The translations under genes were made by a program, and so were the position numbers. Under the pieces are notes generated by a model. It saw only the letters and a program-made list of their open reading frames with translations. It was not told the origin of the DNA and ran no database searches. A DNA stretch of 64,000 bases from Rhodospirillaceae bacterium (GTDB taxonomy: Bacteria; Pseudomonadota; Alphaproteobacteria; MPNO01; UBA2964): positions 169,693-233,692 of the forward strand of contig PAPV01000013.1 of assembly GCA_002709075.1 (NCBI GenBank), given 5' to 3'. This document shows, in pieces, positions 53,024 through 64,000 of this stretch (its first letter is position 1; each line of letters opens with the position of its first letter).

Positions 53024-53983
53024 TCAACAAGCAAGTTTTAAGCGGGACTTAATTTTAGATGCAATCTGATCAAGATTGTCTACTTTTTCATGATGCCAAT
53101 TCTCAAATATGCCATCAAACTTCCTTGTTATTCCTCGTTCTACAAGCATTTTGTGAAAACAATCAAATTTCGAAGAGTGTCCGTCAAGATTAAAAATATA
53201 TACTGGTTTGGTTGTACTTGCTGCTTCTGTTACCATGTTCACTGAATCATTTGTTACAACAAAACCATCTGCCAATGCCAGAATTCCGAAATACGGATTC
53301 TCACCAAGACCATTCCAAATTTTATGTGGCACACCAGACAGTCCACTTCTAAATATTTCCAGGTTTGCTTGATCAGTGCGGCGTGAGGGTGTAACCACAA
53401 TCCCACCGCCAGATAACTTTACTGCAGTTTTAAGTAATTCAATAAGTTTTTGACAATTTTTTCTTGTCATTTGAAAACTGTTGTTAGAGCCGCCCAAAAG
53501 AACCGCAATCAGAGGTTTGGGTAAAATTGAATATTCGCGGTAAAATTTTTGTGCAGCTAAATTCAGCCGTGTATCGGTTATTCGGTGGAAAGCACCAGTC
53601 ATATTTATCGTGTTTGGAGCAGTTAAGTTATCGTGTATTGGTGCAATCACTAAGTCAAATTTTTTAAGAGACACACGCGGATGTTGTATCTGAATAGTTT
53701 GGGTTTTATTTTCTGACGCATGTTTTATAGCAACTGATATTGCAACTGTTTGTCGTCCGGATGCGACCAAGATGTCTGGCCAAGGAGGAGATAGTGTATC
53801 GCTTTTCGATTCCAGCGTTGAGAATGGAAATAGCCAAAGCTGAGGGGGAAGATGTGTCCATGGAAAGCGCGGAAATACTCTTTTGACCTGACTGTTGAGT
53901 CCAAGTCTTTCAACAAGTCCGAGGCATTGGCTTTCCATTCCAACTTTGCCATCACTTAATATCCAGCATGTTGGGTTCGTCAT
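53024..53983 (-). CDS. ELM1/DUF1022-family protein (putative glycosyltransferase-fold protein)
   Basis: WILSDGKVG..SQCLGL, PPWPD, FDLVIAP.HD, LLGG, SRRT, NPYFGIL and VTNDSVNMVTEA motifs. Confidence 0.85.
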   Translation of the reverse strand: MTNPTCWILSDGKVGMESQCLGLVERLGLNSQVKRVFPRFPWTHLPPQLWLFPFSTLESKSDTLSPPWPDILVASGRQTVAISVAIKHASENKTQTIQIQHPRVSLKKFDLVIAPIHDNLTAPNTINMTGAFHRITDTRLNLAAQKFYREYSILPKPLIAVLLGGSNNSFQMTRKNCQKLIELLKTAVKLSGGGIVVTPSRRTDQANLEIFRSGLSGVPHKIWNGLGENPYFGILALADGFVVTNDSVNMVTEAASTTKPVYIFNLDGHSSKFDCFHKMLVERGITRKFDGIFENWHHEKVDNLDQIASKIKSRLKLAC

Positions 53984-54081
53984 TTTTGAAAATACTTCGA
54001 TAGTTTGATTGGATTGAAATAAAATTTCATGATCTTATAATAGAAGTTCTTTATGCTGACAGCAATGCAGGACAATTCTTT

Positions 54082-54555
54082 GTGGTGAGAGATAAACTCG
54101 ATCGTATTGATTTACAAATTTTGCAGTATTTGCAAGACAATGGACGTATTACAAATGTTGATTTGGCATCAAAGATCGGTATTTCGTCTCCACCGTGCTT
54201 GCGCCGAGTCAGAGTACTTGAGAATAATGGCTCTATTCGTGGTTATCACGCTGATATAAACCCCGAATCACTTGGATATGGTGTTTTGGTCTTTGCTCAG
54301 GTTGGACTACACAGTCAGGCCGAGGCTGATCTTGCAGCGTTTGAGAGCTTAACGCGCTCTTGGGAGGAAGTACGAGAAGTTCACATGCTTGCGGGTGAAA
54401 CTGATTTTTTATTAAAAATTGTTGCGATTGACTGGGACTCTTATCAACGTTTTTTGACACAAAAATTAACACCTGCTCCAAATGTGAGTGTTATCAAATC
54501 GTCCCTCGCAATAAGGTCGGCTGTCCAGCGCCCGGGGGTTCCTATAAAAATATAA
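54082..54555 (+). CDS. Lrp/AsnC-family transcriptional regulator
   Basis: LDRIDLQIL..LQDNGRITNVDLA..IGISSPPCLRRVR. Confidence 0.94.
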   Translation: MVRDKLDRIDLQILQYLQDNGRITNVDLASKIGISSPPCLRRVRVLENNGSIRGYHADINPESLGYGVLVFAQVGLHSQAEADLAAFESLTRSWEEVREVHMLAGETDFLLKIVAIDWDSYQRFLTQKLTPAPNVSVIKSSLAIRSAVQRPGVPIKI

Positions 54556-54574
54556 ACAGATTAAGTAGTGGCAG

Positions 54575-55048
54575 TTATTTAAACACCACTTTCAAAATTT
54601 CATATCCCTTTGCTCCTTTTGGGGTGTTGACCTCTATCATATCGCCCACTGCTTTTCCGATCATAGCCCGCGCAAGAGGAGCTGAGAAAGAGAGAAATCC
54701 CGTTTCGATACTGGCTTCATGCTCTCCGACGATTTGATATGTTATTTCTTCATCTGTATCTTCATCTGCTACTGTAACGGTAGCGCCGAATTTGATAGTA
54801 TTTCCAGAGAACTGACTGGGATCTATGACCTCCGAATTAGCTATTTTTTCTTCAATCTCATTTAATCGACCCTCAATGAAGCCTTGGCGTTCTTTAGCCG
54901 CATGATATTCTGCATTTTCTGATAAATCACCGTGTTCTCTTGCAGTGGCAATCGCTTTAATTACATCCGGGCGTTCTTTTGTTTTGAGCCTTTTAAGCTC
55001 TGACTCAAGCCTCTGGAATCCTTCAAGTGTCATCGGGACTTTATCCAT
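54575..55048 (-). CDS. greA: Transcription elongation factor GreA
   Basis: AREHGDLSENAEYHAAKE; APLARAMIGK. Confidence 0.97.
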   Translation of the reverse strand: MDKVPMTLEGFQRLESELKRLKTKERPDVIKAIATAREHGDLSENAEYHAAKERQGFIEGRLNEIEEKIANSEVIDPSQFSGNTIKFGATVTVADEDTDEEITYQIVGEHEASIETGFLSFSAPLARAMIGKAVGDMIEVNTPKGAKGYEILKVVFK

Positions 55049-55128
55049 ATCAATTCCCCAAACAAAAATGAGTTCCTAGGATCTTAATCCTGGGAGCTAA
55101 ATTATAGACTAATTTCGTGTTTATTAGT

Positions 55129-58100
55129 CTATACCGACGCATCAAGATAGAATTGGATGGGCATAACTTCAAGTAAATCTGAACGTAAGGCCGTAATTGC
55201 TGCGACTGCAGCCCGTGCTCCAGCGATTGTCGTGTAATATGGTATTTGATTTTTTACAGCAGCCTGCCGCAAACTCCTACTATCAATAATTTCTTTAGCT
55301 CCGTCAGCTGTATTTATCACGAGATCAACTTCACCATTTTGTAAAGCATCAACTATATGGGGTTGTCCTTCGCCAACCTTGTTAATTCTTTCGACTGTTA
55401 TTCCTTCTGAAGTTAAAGCAGTTGCTGTACCACTCGTAGCTATTAGTTTGAAATTCATAGCACTGAGCTGTCTTGCAAGTGTTTTTGCGGCGAATTTATC
55501 TAGATCCTTGACAGAAATAAAAATGTTTCCCGAGCTAGGCAATTTTTGTCCGGCAGCAATTTGGGATTTGGCAAATGCCCGACCGAAATCTTTATCAATT
55601 CCCATTACTTCGCCTGTTGATTTCATTTCTGGTCCAAGTAAGGCGTCAACGCCAGGAAAACGTGTAAAAGGGAAAACTGCTTCCTTAACTGCCACATAAT
55701 CAAAATTTTTAGTAATTTTATATTTATTCAATTGATGTTTCAGCGAAGCGCCAGATATCAAACAAGCTGCCACTTTTGCAATTGGCAAACCAGTTGCTTT
55801 GGCAACAAAGGGAACTGTACGACTGCCTCTAGGATTTACTTCCAGTATATAGATAGTTTCATCTTTTATGGCGTATTGAACATTCATAAGTCCAATCACC
55901 CCTAAAGCGTTTGCAAGGGCTTCGGTTTTCCGTTTTATGTCGTCGATTATTGCTGTGGTTAATGAATAAGGGGGTAGTGAACACGCAGAATCACCAGAGT
56001 GGATTCCTGCTTCTTCAATATGTTCCATAATACCCGCAACATACACGTTGCCCGACCTGTCTGACAGCGCATCAACGTCTATTTCAATTGCATCACGAAG
56101 ATACCGATCAATAAGTACGGGATTGTTTCCTGAATAGTGGACTGCTCGTTTGATATACAGTTTCAGTTCAGCTTCATTATGAACAATTTCCATCGCCCTC
56201 CCTCCCAAAACATAGGAAGGACGGATAAGAACGGGATAACCGATTTCATTGGCAATTTGTAATGCTTCACTTTCGCTATGGGCTATGCCGTTTTCTGGTT
56301 GTAAAAGACCTAAATCGTTACAAAGCTTTTGGAAGCGTTCTCGATCTTCTGCGAGGTCAATAGCATCTGGCGATGTTCCCAAAATTTGCAACCCTGCGTT
56401 CTCTAGTGCAGTAGCCAGTTTCAGTGGTGTTTGGCCTCCAAATTGCAAAATCACCCCTAAAACTGTACCATTTTGTTGTTCGCAATTCACAATTTCCATT
56501 ACTTCTTCCCCTGTGACCGGCTCGAAATAAAGTCGATCAGATGTATCGTAATCAGTTGATACAGTTTCAGGGTTACAATTTATCATAATAGCTTCGAATC
56601 CGGCGTCACGAAGTGCATAAACTGCGTGAACACAGCAATAATCGAACTCGATACCTTGACCAATACGGTTTGGCCCACCACCCAAAATAATGATTTTCTT
56701 TTTGCGGCTAGGTTTTGACTCACATTCGGATTTGCCAAATCCATTTCTTTCGTAAGTAGAATAAAGGTAAGGCGTAACAGATGGGAATTCTGCCGCGCAG
56801 GTGTCAATGCGTTTAAAAACTGGCCTAACTCCTAACGCTTGGCGATTCCTGGTAACCGCCTCTTCTGACAAACCGCAAAGGGTTGCTAAACGACTATCGG
56901 AAAAGCCTCTTGATTTTATATTAAGCATATCAGTGGTGTTTTGGGGAAAACCGGTCTTTTGTATGTGTTTTTCAATGCTAACAATTTCCCGAATTTGTTC
57001 TAAAAACCATAGATCGAAATGACATAATGCTTGGACTTCTTCAATCGGAATATCTAATCTAAAAGCTTGAGCAATCTTTAATATCCTATCTGGTTGTGGT
57101 TTAGTGATCTCCTCACGTAGTTTACTGGTTACATTTTCTATCGACGTTTCGTTATCAATTATTACCTCGTCTAAACCCGTAAGGCCGGTTTCCATTGATC
57201 TAAGAGCCTTTTGCAAAGATTCCTGGAAATTTCTTCCAACCGCCATGACCTCACCAACAGATTTCATCGATGTGGTTAGTAATGCTTCGGTTCCCGGAAA
57301 TTTTTCGAATGTAAAACGAGGAATTTTTGTCACTACATAGTCTATACTTGGTTCAAAGGATGCTGGCGCTGCGCCTCCTGTAATATCATTTCGTAGTTCG
57401 TCGAGTGTGTAACCGACTGCTAATTTGGCCGCAATCTTTGCTATTGGAAATCCTGTTGCTTTAGAAGCCAAAGCCGAAGAGCGTGAAACCCTAGGGTTCA
57501 TCTCAATAACTACCATTCTCCCATCGCGTGGATTAATAGCAAATTGAACATTGGAGCCTCCAGTATCTACACCTATCTCACGCAACACTGATATCGATGC
57601 GTTACGCATTATTTGGTATTCTTTATCTGTGAGCGTCAGAGCGGGTGCTACCGTTATAGAGTCACCAGTATGAACACCCATTGGGTCAACATTTTCTATG
57701 GAACAGATGATGATGCAATTATCGGCATGATCTCGTACCACTTCCATTTCAAATTCTTTCCAACCAACTACCGACTCTTCAATTAAAACTTCTTGAGTTG
57801 GTGATGCATCAAGACCACTCTGGGTGATCGAAAAAAATTCATCCTCATTATATGCAATGCCTCCTCCTGTACCACCCAGAGTGAAAGATGGTCGGATGAT
57901 TGCCGGCAGTCCTGTAACGCCAAGAATCTTTCTTGCTTCATCCATGTTAGTGGCGATTGAACCGCGAGCACATTCCAAACCGATGGTTTCCATGGCTTCT
58001 TTAAATTCTTCGCGAGACTCTGCTTTTTTAATTGCAGAAAGATTAGCCCCAATCAGTTCCACATCGAACTCTTTTAGTATTCCAGTTTCAGCCAGTGCGA

Positions 58101-58398
58101 GTGCAGCATTAAGCCCCGTCTGCCCTCCCATTGTGGGCAGAATAGCATCAGGTTTTTCTTTTTGGATAATACGAGCAACAAAATCTGGTGTAATTGGTTC
58201 TATATATGTAGCATCGGCAAGTTCTGGGTCAGTCATAATTGTTGCCGGATTTGAATTCACCAAAATTATTCGATATCCCTCTTCCTTCAATGCTTTGCAA
58301 GCTTGGGTGCCAGAATAATCAAATTCACAGGCCTGCCCTATTATTATTGGGCCAGCACCAATGATCAGAATCGAATTTATATCCATACGTTTAGGCAT
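55129..58398 (-). CDS. carB: Carbamoyl-phosphate synthase large subunit
   Basis: [22 protein letters not shown]; duplicated ATP-grasp domains; GQGIEFDY. Confidence 0.98.
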   Translation of the reverse strand: MPKRMDINSILIIGAGPIIIGQACEFDYSGTQACKALKEEGYRIILVNSNPATIMTDPELADATYIEPITPDFVARIIQKEKPDAILPTMGGQTGLNAALALAETGILKEFDVELIGANLSAIKKAESREEFKEAMETIGLECARGSIATNMDEARKILGVTGLPAIIRPSFTLGGTGGGIAYNEDEFFSITQSGLDASPTQEVLIEESVVGWKEFEMEVVRDHADNCIIICSIENVDPMGVHTGDSITVAPALTLTDKEYQIMRNASISVLREIGVDTGGSNVQFAINPRDGRMVVIEMNPRVSRSSALASKATGFPIAKIAAKLAVGYTLDELRNDITGGAAPASFEPSIDYVVTKIPRFTFEKFPGTEALLTTSMKSVGEVMAVGRNFQESLQKALRSMETGLTGLDEVIIDNETSIENVTSKLREEITKPQPDRILKIAQAFRLDIPIEEVQALCHFDLWFLEQIREIVSIEKHIQKTGFPQNTTDMLNIKSRGFSDSRLATLCGLSEEAVTRNRQALGVRPVFKRIDTCAAEFPSVTPYLYSTYERNGFGKSECESKPSRKKKIIILGGGPNRIGQGIEFDYCCVHAVYALRDAGFEAIMINCNPETVSTDYDTSDRLYFEPVTGEEVMEIVNCEQQNGTVLGVILQFGGQTPLKLATALENAGLQILGTSPDAIDLAEDRERFQKLCNDLGLLQPENGIAHSESEALQIANEIGYPVLIRPSYVLGGRAMEIVHNEAELKLYIKRAVHYSGNNPVLIDRYLRDAIEIDVDALSDRSGNVYVAGIMEHIEEAGIHSGDSACSLPPYSLTTAIIDDIKRKTEALANALGVIGLMNVQYAIKDETIYILEVNPRGSRTVPFVAKATGLPIAKVAACLISGASLKHQLNKYKITKNFDYVAVKEAVFPFTRFPGVDALLGPEMKSTGEVMGIDKDFGRAFAKSQIAAGQKLPSSGNIFISVKDLDKFAAKTLARQLSAMNFKLIATSGTATALTSEGITVERINKVGEGQPHIVDALQNGEVDLVINTADGAKEIIDSRSLRQAAVKNQIPYYTTIAGARAAVAAITALRSDLLEVMPIQFYLDASV

Positions 58399-59535
58399 CT
58401 ATTTTTTTCCCAAGGTAGATACAAATCGTTCGAAAAGGTGCTGGCTATCCTGCGGACCTGGGGATGCTTCAGGATGATATTGTACAGAAAAAACTGGTTT
58501 ATCTCTTAGAGCTATTCCCTCCACTGTGTTGTCGAATAGTGATGTGTATGTTTCGGTTACTTCAGGTGGAAGTGATTCTCTATTTACAACAAATCCATGA
58601 TTCTGACTTGTGATCTCAACTTTGCCTGTTTTTAAATTTTTCACTGGATGGTTTGCTCCTCGATGCCCCATCTTCATTTTGGAGGTCTTTGCGCCAAGTG
58701 CCAATGATAAAAGCTGGTGACCAAGGCAGATCCCAAAAATAGGAATATCCCTCTCTAGTAGAGACTTAATCATTGGAACAGCATAAATTCCTGTTGCTGC
58801 TGGATCGCCGGGGCCGTTCGAAAGGAAGATTCCATCTGGAGAAAAACTTAGAATTTCCTCTGCTGAGGAATACGCTGGTACGACAGTAATTTCACATCCG
58901 GAGTTGGCAAGACACCTTAAAATATTGTGTTTGACCCCAAAATCTACGGCAATAATTTTATGTATAGCATGTTTTTGTCTCACAATTCCTTTTTTTCGAG
59001 TCCATTTACATTCATCCCAATTGTAGGCTTGCGAGCAGGACACCTCTTTAGCTAGATCTAATCCTGAGAGTCCGCTCCATGACTGTGCTTCAGAGACAAG
59101 TGCTTCAACATTTATTTTTTCTTTTGAATGGGCTACCGCAGCAACTGGTGCACCATTGTCGCGGATAAGACGTGTAATATGTCGAGTATCCAGCCCGCAG
59201 ATTCCGATGAGATTGTTTTTTTTTAACCATTCGTTGAAATGCTTAGTTGCTCTCCAACTACTCGGTTTTGTTATGTCCTCGCGTAAAACTAACCCACGTG
59301 TCACTGGAGTGTGTGTCTCCATGTCTTCTGTATTTGCACCAACATTTCCGATGTGCGGAAAGGTAAAATTTATAATTTGTCCTGAATATGAGGGATCTGT
59401 TAGTATTTCTTGATAGCCTGTCATTGAAGTGTTAAAGCATATTTCGCCAGTCGACATGCCAAAGGAACCAATTCCATAACCCCGAAAAACCTGCCCGTCT
59501 GCAAGTGCAAGGGCTGCTGTAAACTTATTTTTCAT
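58399..59535 (-). CDS. carA: Carbamoyl-phosphate synthase small subunit
   Basis: FNTSMTGYQE, SNGPGDP, GICLGHQ and QYHPEASPGP motifs. Confidence 0.98.
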   Translation of the reverse strand: MKNKFTAALALADGQVFRGYGIGSFGMSTGEICFNTSMTGYQEILTDPSYSGQIINFTFPHIGNVGANTEDMETHTPVTRGLVLREDITKPSSWRATKHFNEWLKKNNLIGICGLDTRHITRLIRDNGAPVAAVAHSKEKINVEALVSEAQSWSGLSGLDLAKEVSCSQAYNWDECKWTRKKGIVRQKHAIHKIIAVDFGVKHNILRCLANSGCEITVVPAYSSAEEILSFSPDGIFLSNGPGDPAATGIYAVPMIKSLLERDIPIFGICLGHQLLSLALGAKTSKMKMGHRGANHPVKNLKTGKVEITSQNHGFVVNRESLPPEVTETYTSLFDNTVEGIALRDKPVFSVQYHPEASPGPQDSQHLFERFVSTLGKK

Positions 59536-59721
59536 ATTGTTTTTCCGGGCATGACGGCTCTTTCGTTTTAGTCAGGCGTCGGCACAGCACAATCTTCTCA
59601 ACGTTCTAACCGGACTTTACCTGAATTACGGAAAATTACTCCGGCCGTCAAGTTTAGATGTGCTTGTTGTTGTCCTCGTTAAGCACACTTCATACTTTTA
59701 TATGAAACAATATACTAAATA

Positions 59722-59750
59722 TTGCCTTTCGATATTGTTTCATGTAAACT
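59722..59750 (+). promoter_or_regulatory. Putative sigma70 promoter for yqeY-dnaG-rpoD
   Basis: TTGCCT-N17-TAAACT upstream of the likely yqeY start. Confidence 0.4.
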
Positions 59751-59781
59751 CTTCACCTTGCATCCTATGAGCAGGAAGAAA

Positions 59782-60240
59782 ATGCTACGTGACGCTATAA
59801 GCGGTGAATTAAAAGATGCGATGAGGTCGAAAGACACTCTAAAAACCGCTACACTCCGACTGATTATTGCTGCAATCCAAGATCGCGACATAGCAGTGCG
59901 CACTGATGGGAATCCAGATGGTATAAGTGACGATGAAGTTATGAAAGTGCTTCAAACGATGGTCAAACAGCGTCAGGAAAGCATAAAAATGTATGAGAAA
60001 GGTAATCGGCCCGAGCTTGCTGCTCAAGAAGCTCAAGAGATTTCGATCATTAGGTCATTCATGCCAGAACAAATGTCAAATACTGAGATTGAAGAAGCGG
60101 TTAATCAGCTTCTCATTGAAACAGGAGCATCTAGTTTGAAAGACATGGGGTCTTCAATGGCGGCCCTTCGCAAACGATACGCTGGTCGGATGGATTTTGG
60201 CAAAGCGAGTGAAATCTTAAAAGCTTCGTTGGCTGGATAA
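59782..60240 (+). CDS. GatB/YqeY domain protein
   Basis: LKDAMRSKD...TLRLI.AAI, KQRQESI..YEKGNR.ELA..E and KDMG motifs; start after AGGA. Confidence 0.92.
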   Translation: MLRDAISGELKDAMRSKDTLKTATLRLIIAAIQDRDIAVRTDGNPDGISDDEVMKVLQTMVKQRQESIKMYEKGNRPELAAQEAQEISIIRSFMPEQMSNTEIEEAVNQLLIETGASSLKDMGSSMAALRKRYAGRMDFGKASEILKASLAG

Positions 60241-60306
60241 ACTGCAGTTGGCCAAGTCCTGCTTCTGTCGTAAGTTTATACTTTAAAATCATTAACTGGT
60301 CGCTCA

Positions 60307-62118
60307 ATGAGTTTTCCGTCGTCATTTCTCGATGAAATTCGCTCCCGTGTTGTGCTACGAGAGTTGATAGGCAGGCACGTAAAATTGATCCGCAAGGGTC
60401 ACGAATATAGCGGTCTTTGCCCCTTTCACAATGAAAAGACCCCGTCTTTCACTGTAAGTGAGGAAAAAGGATTTTTTCATTGTTTTGGATGTGGAGCACA
60501 CGGAGATGCCATCGGGTATGTTATGCGGTTTGAAAATCTTACCTTCCCTGAGGCTGTTAAGAGGCTTGCGCAAGAAATAGGAATTTCTGTGCCGAACGTC
60601 TCGCCAGAGGAACTGAAAAGTGAAAAAATTCGTTCTTCTCTTTATGACGTTATGGAAAAAGCATGCCATTTCTTTGAAAAATCATTAAAATCGCCACAAG
60701 GGGCAAACGCGCTCAAATATTTGCGGGGCCGAGGATTGGACGATGATGACATCTCTCGCTTTCGGTTAGGTTATGCTCCTGAGAGCAGAAACATTCTCAA
60801 ACAGGCCCTAATTTCAGCGTCCGTTTCGGAGTCTTTGCTAATTGACTCAGGGCTTCTGATTAAGTTGGAAAATCGAGGAATGTCTTATGAGAGATTTCGT
60901 AATCGTGTTATATTTCCGATATCGGATCAAGGAAGTCGAATTATAGGCTTTGGTGGTCGAGCTTTGGGGGATGTTCAGCCGAAGTATTTAAACTCTCCTG
61001 ACACTGCTCTTTTTCAGAAGGGAAGTATTTTATACAATATCAAAACGGGCAGATCAGCCTCGGTTGCTGCGGGGAGGGTCATTGTTGTTGAGGGGTATAT
61101 GGATGTAATCGCCCTAGCCAGAGCCGGGATTAAAGAGGCTGTTGCAACACTCGGAACTGCATTAAGTGAACGCCAGCTCGCATTGCTCTGGAAAATTGAG
61201 CCAGAACCTGTTCTTTGTTTCGATGGCGACAATGCCGGAGTTCTGGCTGCATATCGTGCAGCAGAAAGAGCATTGCCCTTGTTGCAACCGGGAAAGTCAC
61301 TGCGTTTTATTTTTCTTCCCTCTGGAGAGGATCCAGACACTCTGTTAAAATCTGCTGGTCGTGATGCGATGGAAGAAATTTTGGGCAACGCTAGCACTTT
61401 ATCTCAGGTGATTTGGAATATGGAGGCTGCGCAACAGACTCTGGACACACCAGAAAGATTAGCTGGTTTTGAACACCGGCTTGAAAAGCATGCTCGTTCT
61501 ATTGTGGATAAGAAAGTACAATACCAGTATCGGATTTCTTTCCGAGCAAAACTAAGCCAGATGACAAGTAAAATGTTTTCTCAAAAATCTCTGCGGGGCG
61601 CCAATTCTAATCAACAGTCAGGGGCAACGAATTTTACTTATAAGGCGCGAAACCCGCCTGAGACACTTGCAAAACGGCGTGAGGAAGCTGTTTTAGCGAC
61701 TGTTATACGTCAGCCAGCTTTGTTAGATGGATATGCTGAGGCAATTGGCAAACTCGAGTTTTCTGACCCAGAGTTGAACAGGGTTCGTCAGGAAATTTTA
61801 ACATTTTATGCTTCGTCTCCGGATCTTGACAGAAAGATGCTTATGGAGCACCTACGTCTATGTGGATTTAATTCAACAACAGGGGTGATTCTTTTTGCAG
61901 ATACGCTTATAAAGCCCGGTCAGAGTGAGATACAAATGGTAGACGGTACAGTTATGACAGAGATGGCTCAACTGAGAGTTATGTTGTCTGAACTCATACA
62001 AGGGGCACGTCTGGAAGAAGCTCAAAGACGTTACGAAGCTGACCCAAATGATGAGAATTTGGCTCGTTTGTTGGAGTGTAAGAAGGTTACAATGGACAGT
62101 TACAGGGGAAATATTTGA
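60307..62118 (+). CDS. dnaG: DNA primase
   Basis: CPFH.EKTPSF..CFGC zinc finger; KYLNSP, VEGYMD, FDGD and DPD motifs. Confidence 0.97.
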   Translation: MSFPSSFLDEIRSRVVLRELIGRHVKLIRKGHEYSGLCPFHNEKTPSFTVSEEKGFFHCFGCGAHGDAIGYVMRFENLTFPEAVKRLAQEIGISVPNVSPEELKSEKIRSSLYDVMEKACHFFEKSLKSPQGANALKYLRGRGLDDDDISRFRLGYAPESRNILKQALISASVSESLLIDSGLLIKLENRGMSYERFRNRVIFPISDQGSRIIGFGGRALGDVQPKYLNSPDTALFQKGSILYNIKTGRSASVAAGRVIVVEGYMDVIALARAGIKEAVATLGTALSERQLALLWKIEPEPVLCFDGDNAGVLAAYRAAERALPLLQPGKSLRFIFLPSGEDPDTLLKSAGRDAMEEILGNASTLSQVIWNMEAAQQTLDTPERLAGFEHRLEKHARSIVDKKVQYQYRISFRAKLSQMTSKMFSQKSLRGANSNQQSGATNFTYKARNPPETLAKRREEAVLATVIRQPALLDGYAEAIGKLEFSDPELNRVRQEILTFYASSPDLDRKMLMEHLRLCGFNSTTGVILFADTLIKPGQSEIQMVDGTVMTEMAQLRVMLSELIQGARLEEAQRRYEADPNDENLARLLECKKVTMDSYRGNI

Positions 62119-62213
62119 TGCCGAGGGCATTTTTTAAATAGACTTTCTTGATTATTATAACGATATGCAGAGTGCATCGGGATTTTTTGATCGAGAAAAC
62201 TACTGGAGGCGGT

Positions 62214-64000
62214 ATGGCGACAAAAACAGCAACTAAAAAAGCTGACCTAAAAGAAAATCAGGGGGAAGTGCAGGACTCTCCGTTAATCGAGTCTACTGAC
62301 TCTGAAGTAAAAAAATTACTAAAAATTGGAAAAGAAAGAGGATTCATAACATATGATGAACTCAATAAGGCTCTTCCGCAGGAGGAAGTTTCCTCTGAAC
62401 AGATAGAGGATATTACCTCACAGCTTTCCGAAATGGGAATTAATGTTGTGGAGGATGAAGATTCTGATGACACAAATGAGGTGTATGTAAAACCAGAAAA
62501 ATCCGGCGATACGAATACAAAAACGGCTAACACTGGAGATGAAGATCTTGGTCGCACTGATGATCCAGTCAGGATGTATCTCAGAGAAATGGGGACCGTC
62601 GAGCTACTCTCACGTGAAGGTGAAATCGAAATTGCAAAACGTATCGAGGCAGGCCGTGAGAAAATGATAAGTGGTTTGTTCGAAAGTCCCTTGACCCAGT
62701 GGGCGATAGTGCGTTGGCGCGATGCTCTCAAGGAAGAACTAGTGCTTCTTCGGGATATAATTGATTTGGATGCAACGTACGGTGGGTCGAATTCGGAAGT
62801 GCCTCAGATTATAGCTGAAGATCCTGAAAAACTTGAAGACGATGAAGAAGAAGAAGACGAAGACGAAGACGAAGAAGACAGAATTGATGATGAGGATGAT
62901 GAAGATTCTGTAAACAATCTCCCCCTCTCAATGCTTGAGGCGACATTAAGACCACAGGTTATGGATGTTTTTGACAAGGTAGCTAAGCTGCAAAAACGAG
63001 CCAAAAATATGAGAGATAAAAAGCTACTTTGCGTGAGGGAAGGTTCCGAATTTAAACGTGCATCTGAGCGACGTTTGGAAAAAATCGAGGAAGAACTTAT
63101 CGATCTGTTAGAACCTGTGAAGTTGAATAACACATCGATTGAGGTTTTGGTTGGTGAACATTACAATCACAACCGCCGATTGGTTGGGTTAGAGAGCAAG
63201 CTTTTACGGATGGCGACTAAAGCCAAGGTAAAACGAAAGAGTTTCATGGATCGGTATTTTGGTTCGGAATTAGATCCGAGATGGTTGCAGCGGATTGCAC
63301 ATCTTTCGGAGAGAGGTTGGAAGCCATTCGTACAAAAGAATCGTGAACAAATAAAAGAAATACGGACAGAGATCGCCGGTATTGCCGCAGATGTCGGAGT
63401 GCCTCTAGACGAATTTCGTAAGATCGTGAACAAAATACAACGCGGTGAAAGAGAAGCAGCCCGCGCAAAAAAGGAAATGGTTGAAGCAAATCTCCGCTTA
63501 GTAATTTCGATTGCTAAAAAATATACAAATCGGGGTCTTCAATTCCTCGATCTCATACAAGAAGGTAATATTGGCCTTATGAAAGCAGTGGATAAGTTTG
63601 AATATCGTCGCGGCTATAAGTTTTCGACATATGCAACTTGGTGGATCCGTCAGGCAATTACTAGGTCGATTGCCGATCAGGCTCGGACCATACGTATTCC
63701 GGTTCATATGATCGAAACTATTAATAAACTGGTGCGCACATCGAGGCAGATTCTTCACGAGATCGGTAGGGAACCAACCCCTGAGGAATTGGCCAGCCGT
63801 CTTGCGATGCCCCTTGAGAAGGTACGCAAGGTGTTAAAGATTGCCAAGGAACCTATCAGCCTTGAAACACCAATTGGTGATGAGGAAGATTCGCATTTAG
63901 GTGATTTTATTGAAGATAAAAATGCAGTTCAACCTTTAGATGCTGCAATTCAAGGGAATTTACGTGAAACAACCACACGTGTTTTGGCAAGTTTAACTCC
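62214..64000 (+). CDS. rpoD: RNA polymerase sigma factor RpoD (3' end beyond the window)
   Basis: Not in the ORF track because no stop falls in the window. GGAGG RBS, then MATKT...[14 protein letters not shown]...acidic linker...[14 protein letters not shown]...[17 protein letters not shown]...YATWWIRQA, in frame at the positions checked. Confidence 0.97.
   Translation, partial: MATKTATKKADLKENQGEVQDSPLIESTDSEVKKLLKIGKERGFITYDELNKALPQEEVSSEQIEDITSQLSEMGINVVEDEDSDDTNEVYVKPEKSGDTNTKTANTGDEDLGRTDDPVRMYLREMGTVELLSREGEIEIAKRIEAGREKMISGLFESPLTQWAIVRWRDALKEELVLLRDIIDLDATYGGSNSEVPQIIAEDPEKLEDDEEEEDEDEDEEDRIDDEDDEDSVNNLPLSMLEATLRPQVMDVFDKVAKLQKRAKNMRDKKLLCVREGSEFKRASERRLEKIEEELIDLLEPVKLNNTSIEVLVGEHYNHNRRLVGLESKLLRMATKAKVKRKSFMDRYFGSELDPRWLQRIAHLSERGWKPFVQKNREQIKEIRTEIAGIAADVGVPLDEFRKIVNKIQRGEREAARAKKEMVEANLRLVISIAKKYTNRGLQFLDLIQEGNIGLMKAVDKFEYRRGYKFSTYATWWIRQAITRSIADQARTIRIPVHMIETINKLVRTSRQILHEIGREPTPEELASRLAMPLEKVRKVLKIAKEPISLETPIGDEEDSHLGDFIEDKNAVQPLDAAIQGNLRETTTRVLASLT

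Noticed and set aside
62162-62180. ATGCA-GAG-TGCAT upstream of rpoD as a second LysR site
   Set aside because: Spacing differs from the T-N11-A site at 48469 and the arms are short enough to be chance.
62830-62910. GAAGAC/GAAGAA/GAT low-complexity repeat and the Ser-rich minus-strand ORF 62804-63133
   Set aside because: This is the normal acidic linker of RpoD and its antisense shadow.

Overview
A 64-kb stretch of mostly core chromosome from a relatively AT-rich alphaproteobacterium; gene content and order resemble Rhodospirillales, which is an inference. It carries about 55 CDSs: efp/epmA/epmB, fbaB, zapA-6S RNA-ygfA, yebC-ruvCAB-ybgC-tolQRAB-pal-cpoB-tilS-ftsH-folP-glmM-thiD, molybdopterin genes, uvrC/uvrB, trxB-lysR, greA-carBA and yqeY-dnaG-rpoD (partial). 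I saw no tRNA, rRNA, CRISPR array, prophage or IS element. The most notable items are: (1) a structured ~140-nt sRNA candidate with an anti-Shine-Dalgarno motif downstream of trxB-lysR, preceded by a perfect LysR-type palindrome about 65 bp upstream of a plausible start; (2) a two-gene bicupin + EutA-like ATPase unit with no eutBC in the window, lying between uvrB and the aspartate aminotransferase gene; (3) an ELM1-family / 2OG-Fe(II) oxygenase / 631-aa unknown-protein unit feeding into trxB; (4) an orphan MotA/MotB-like motor pair with long coiled coils next to an OmpA-domain protein. All product calls come from motif recognition by eye; no database searches were run.
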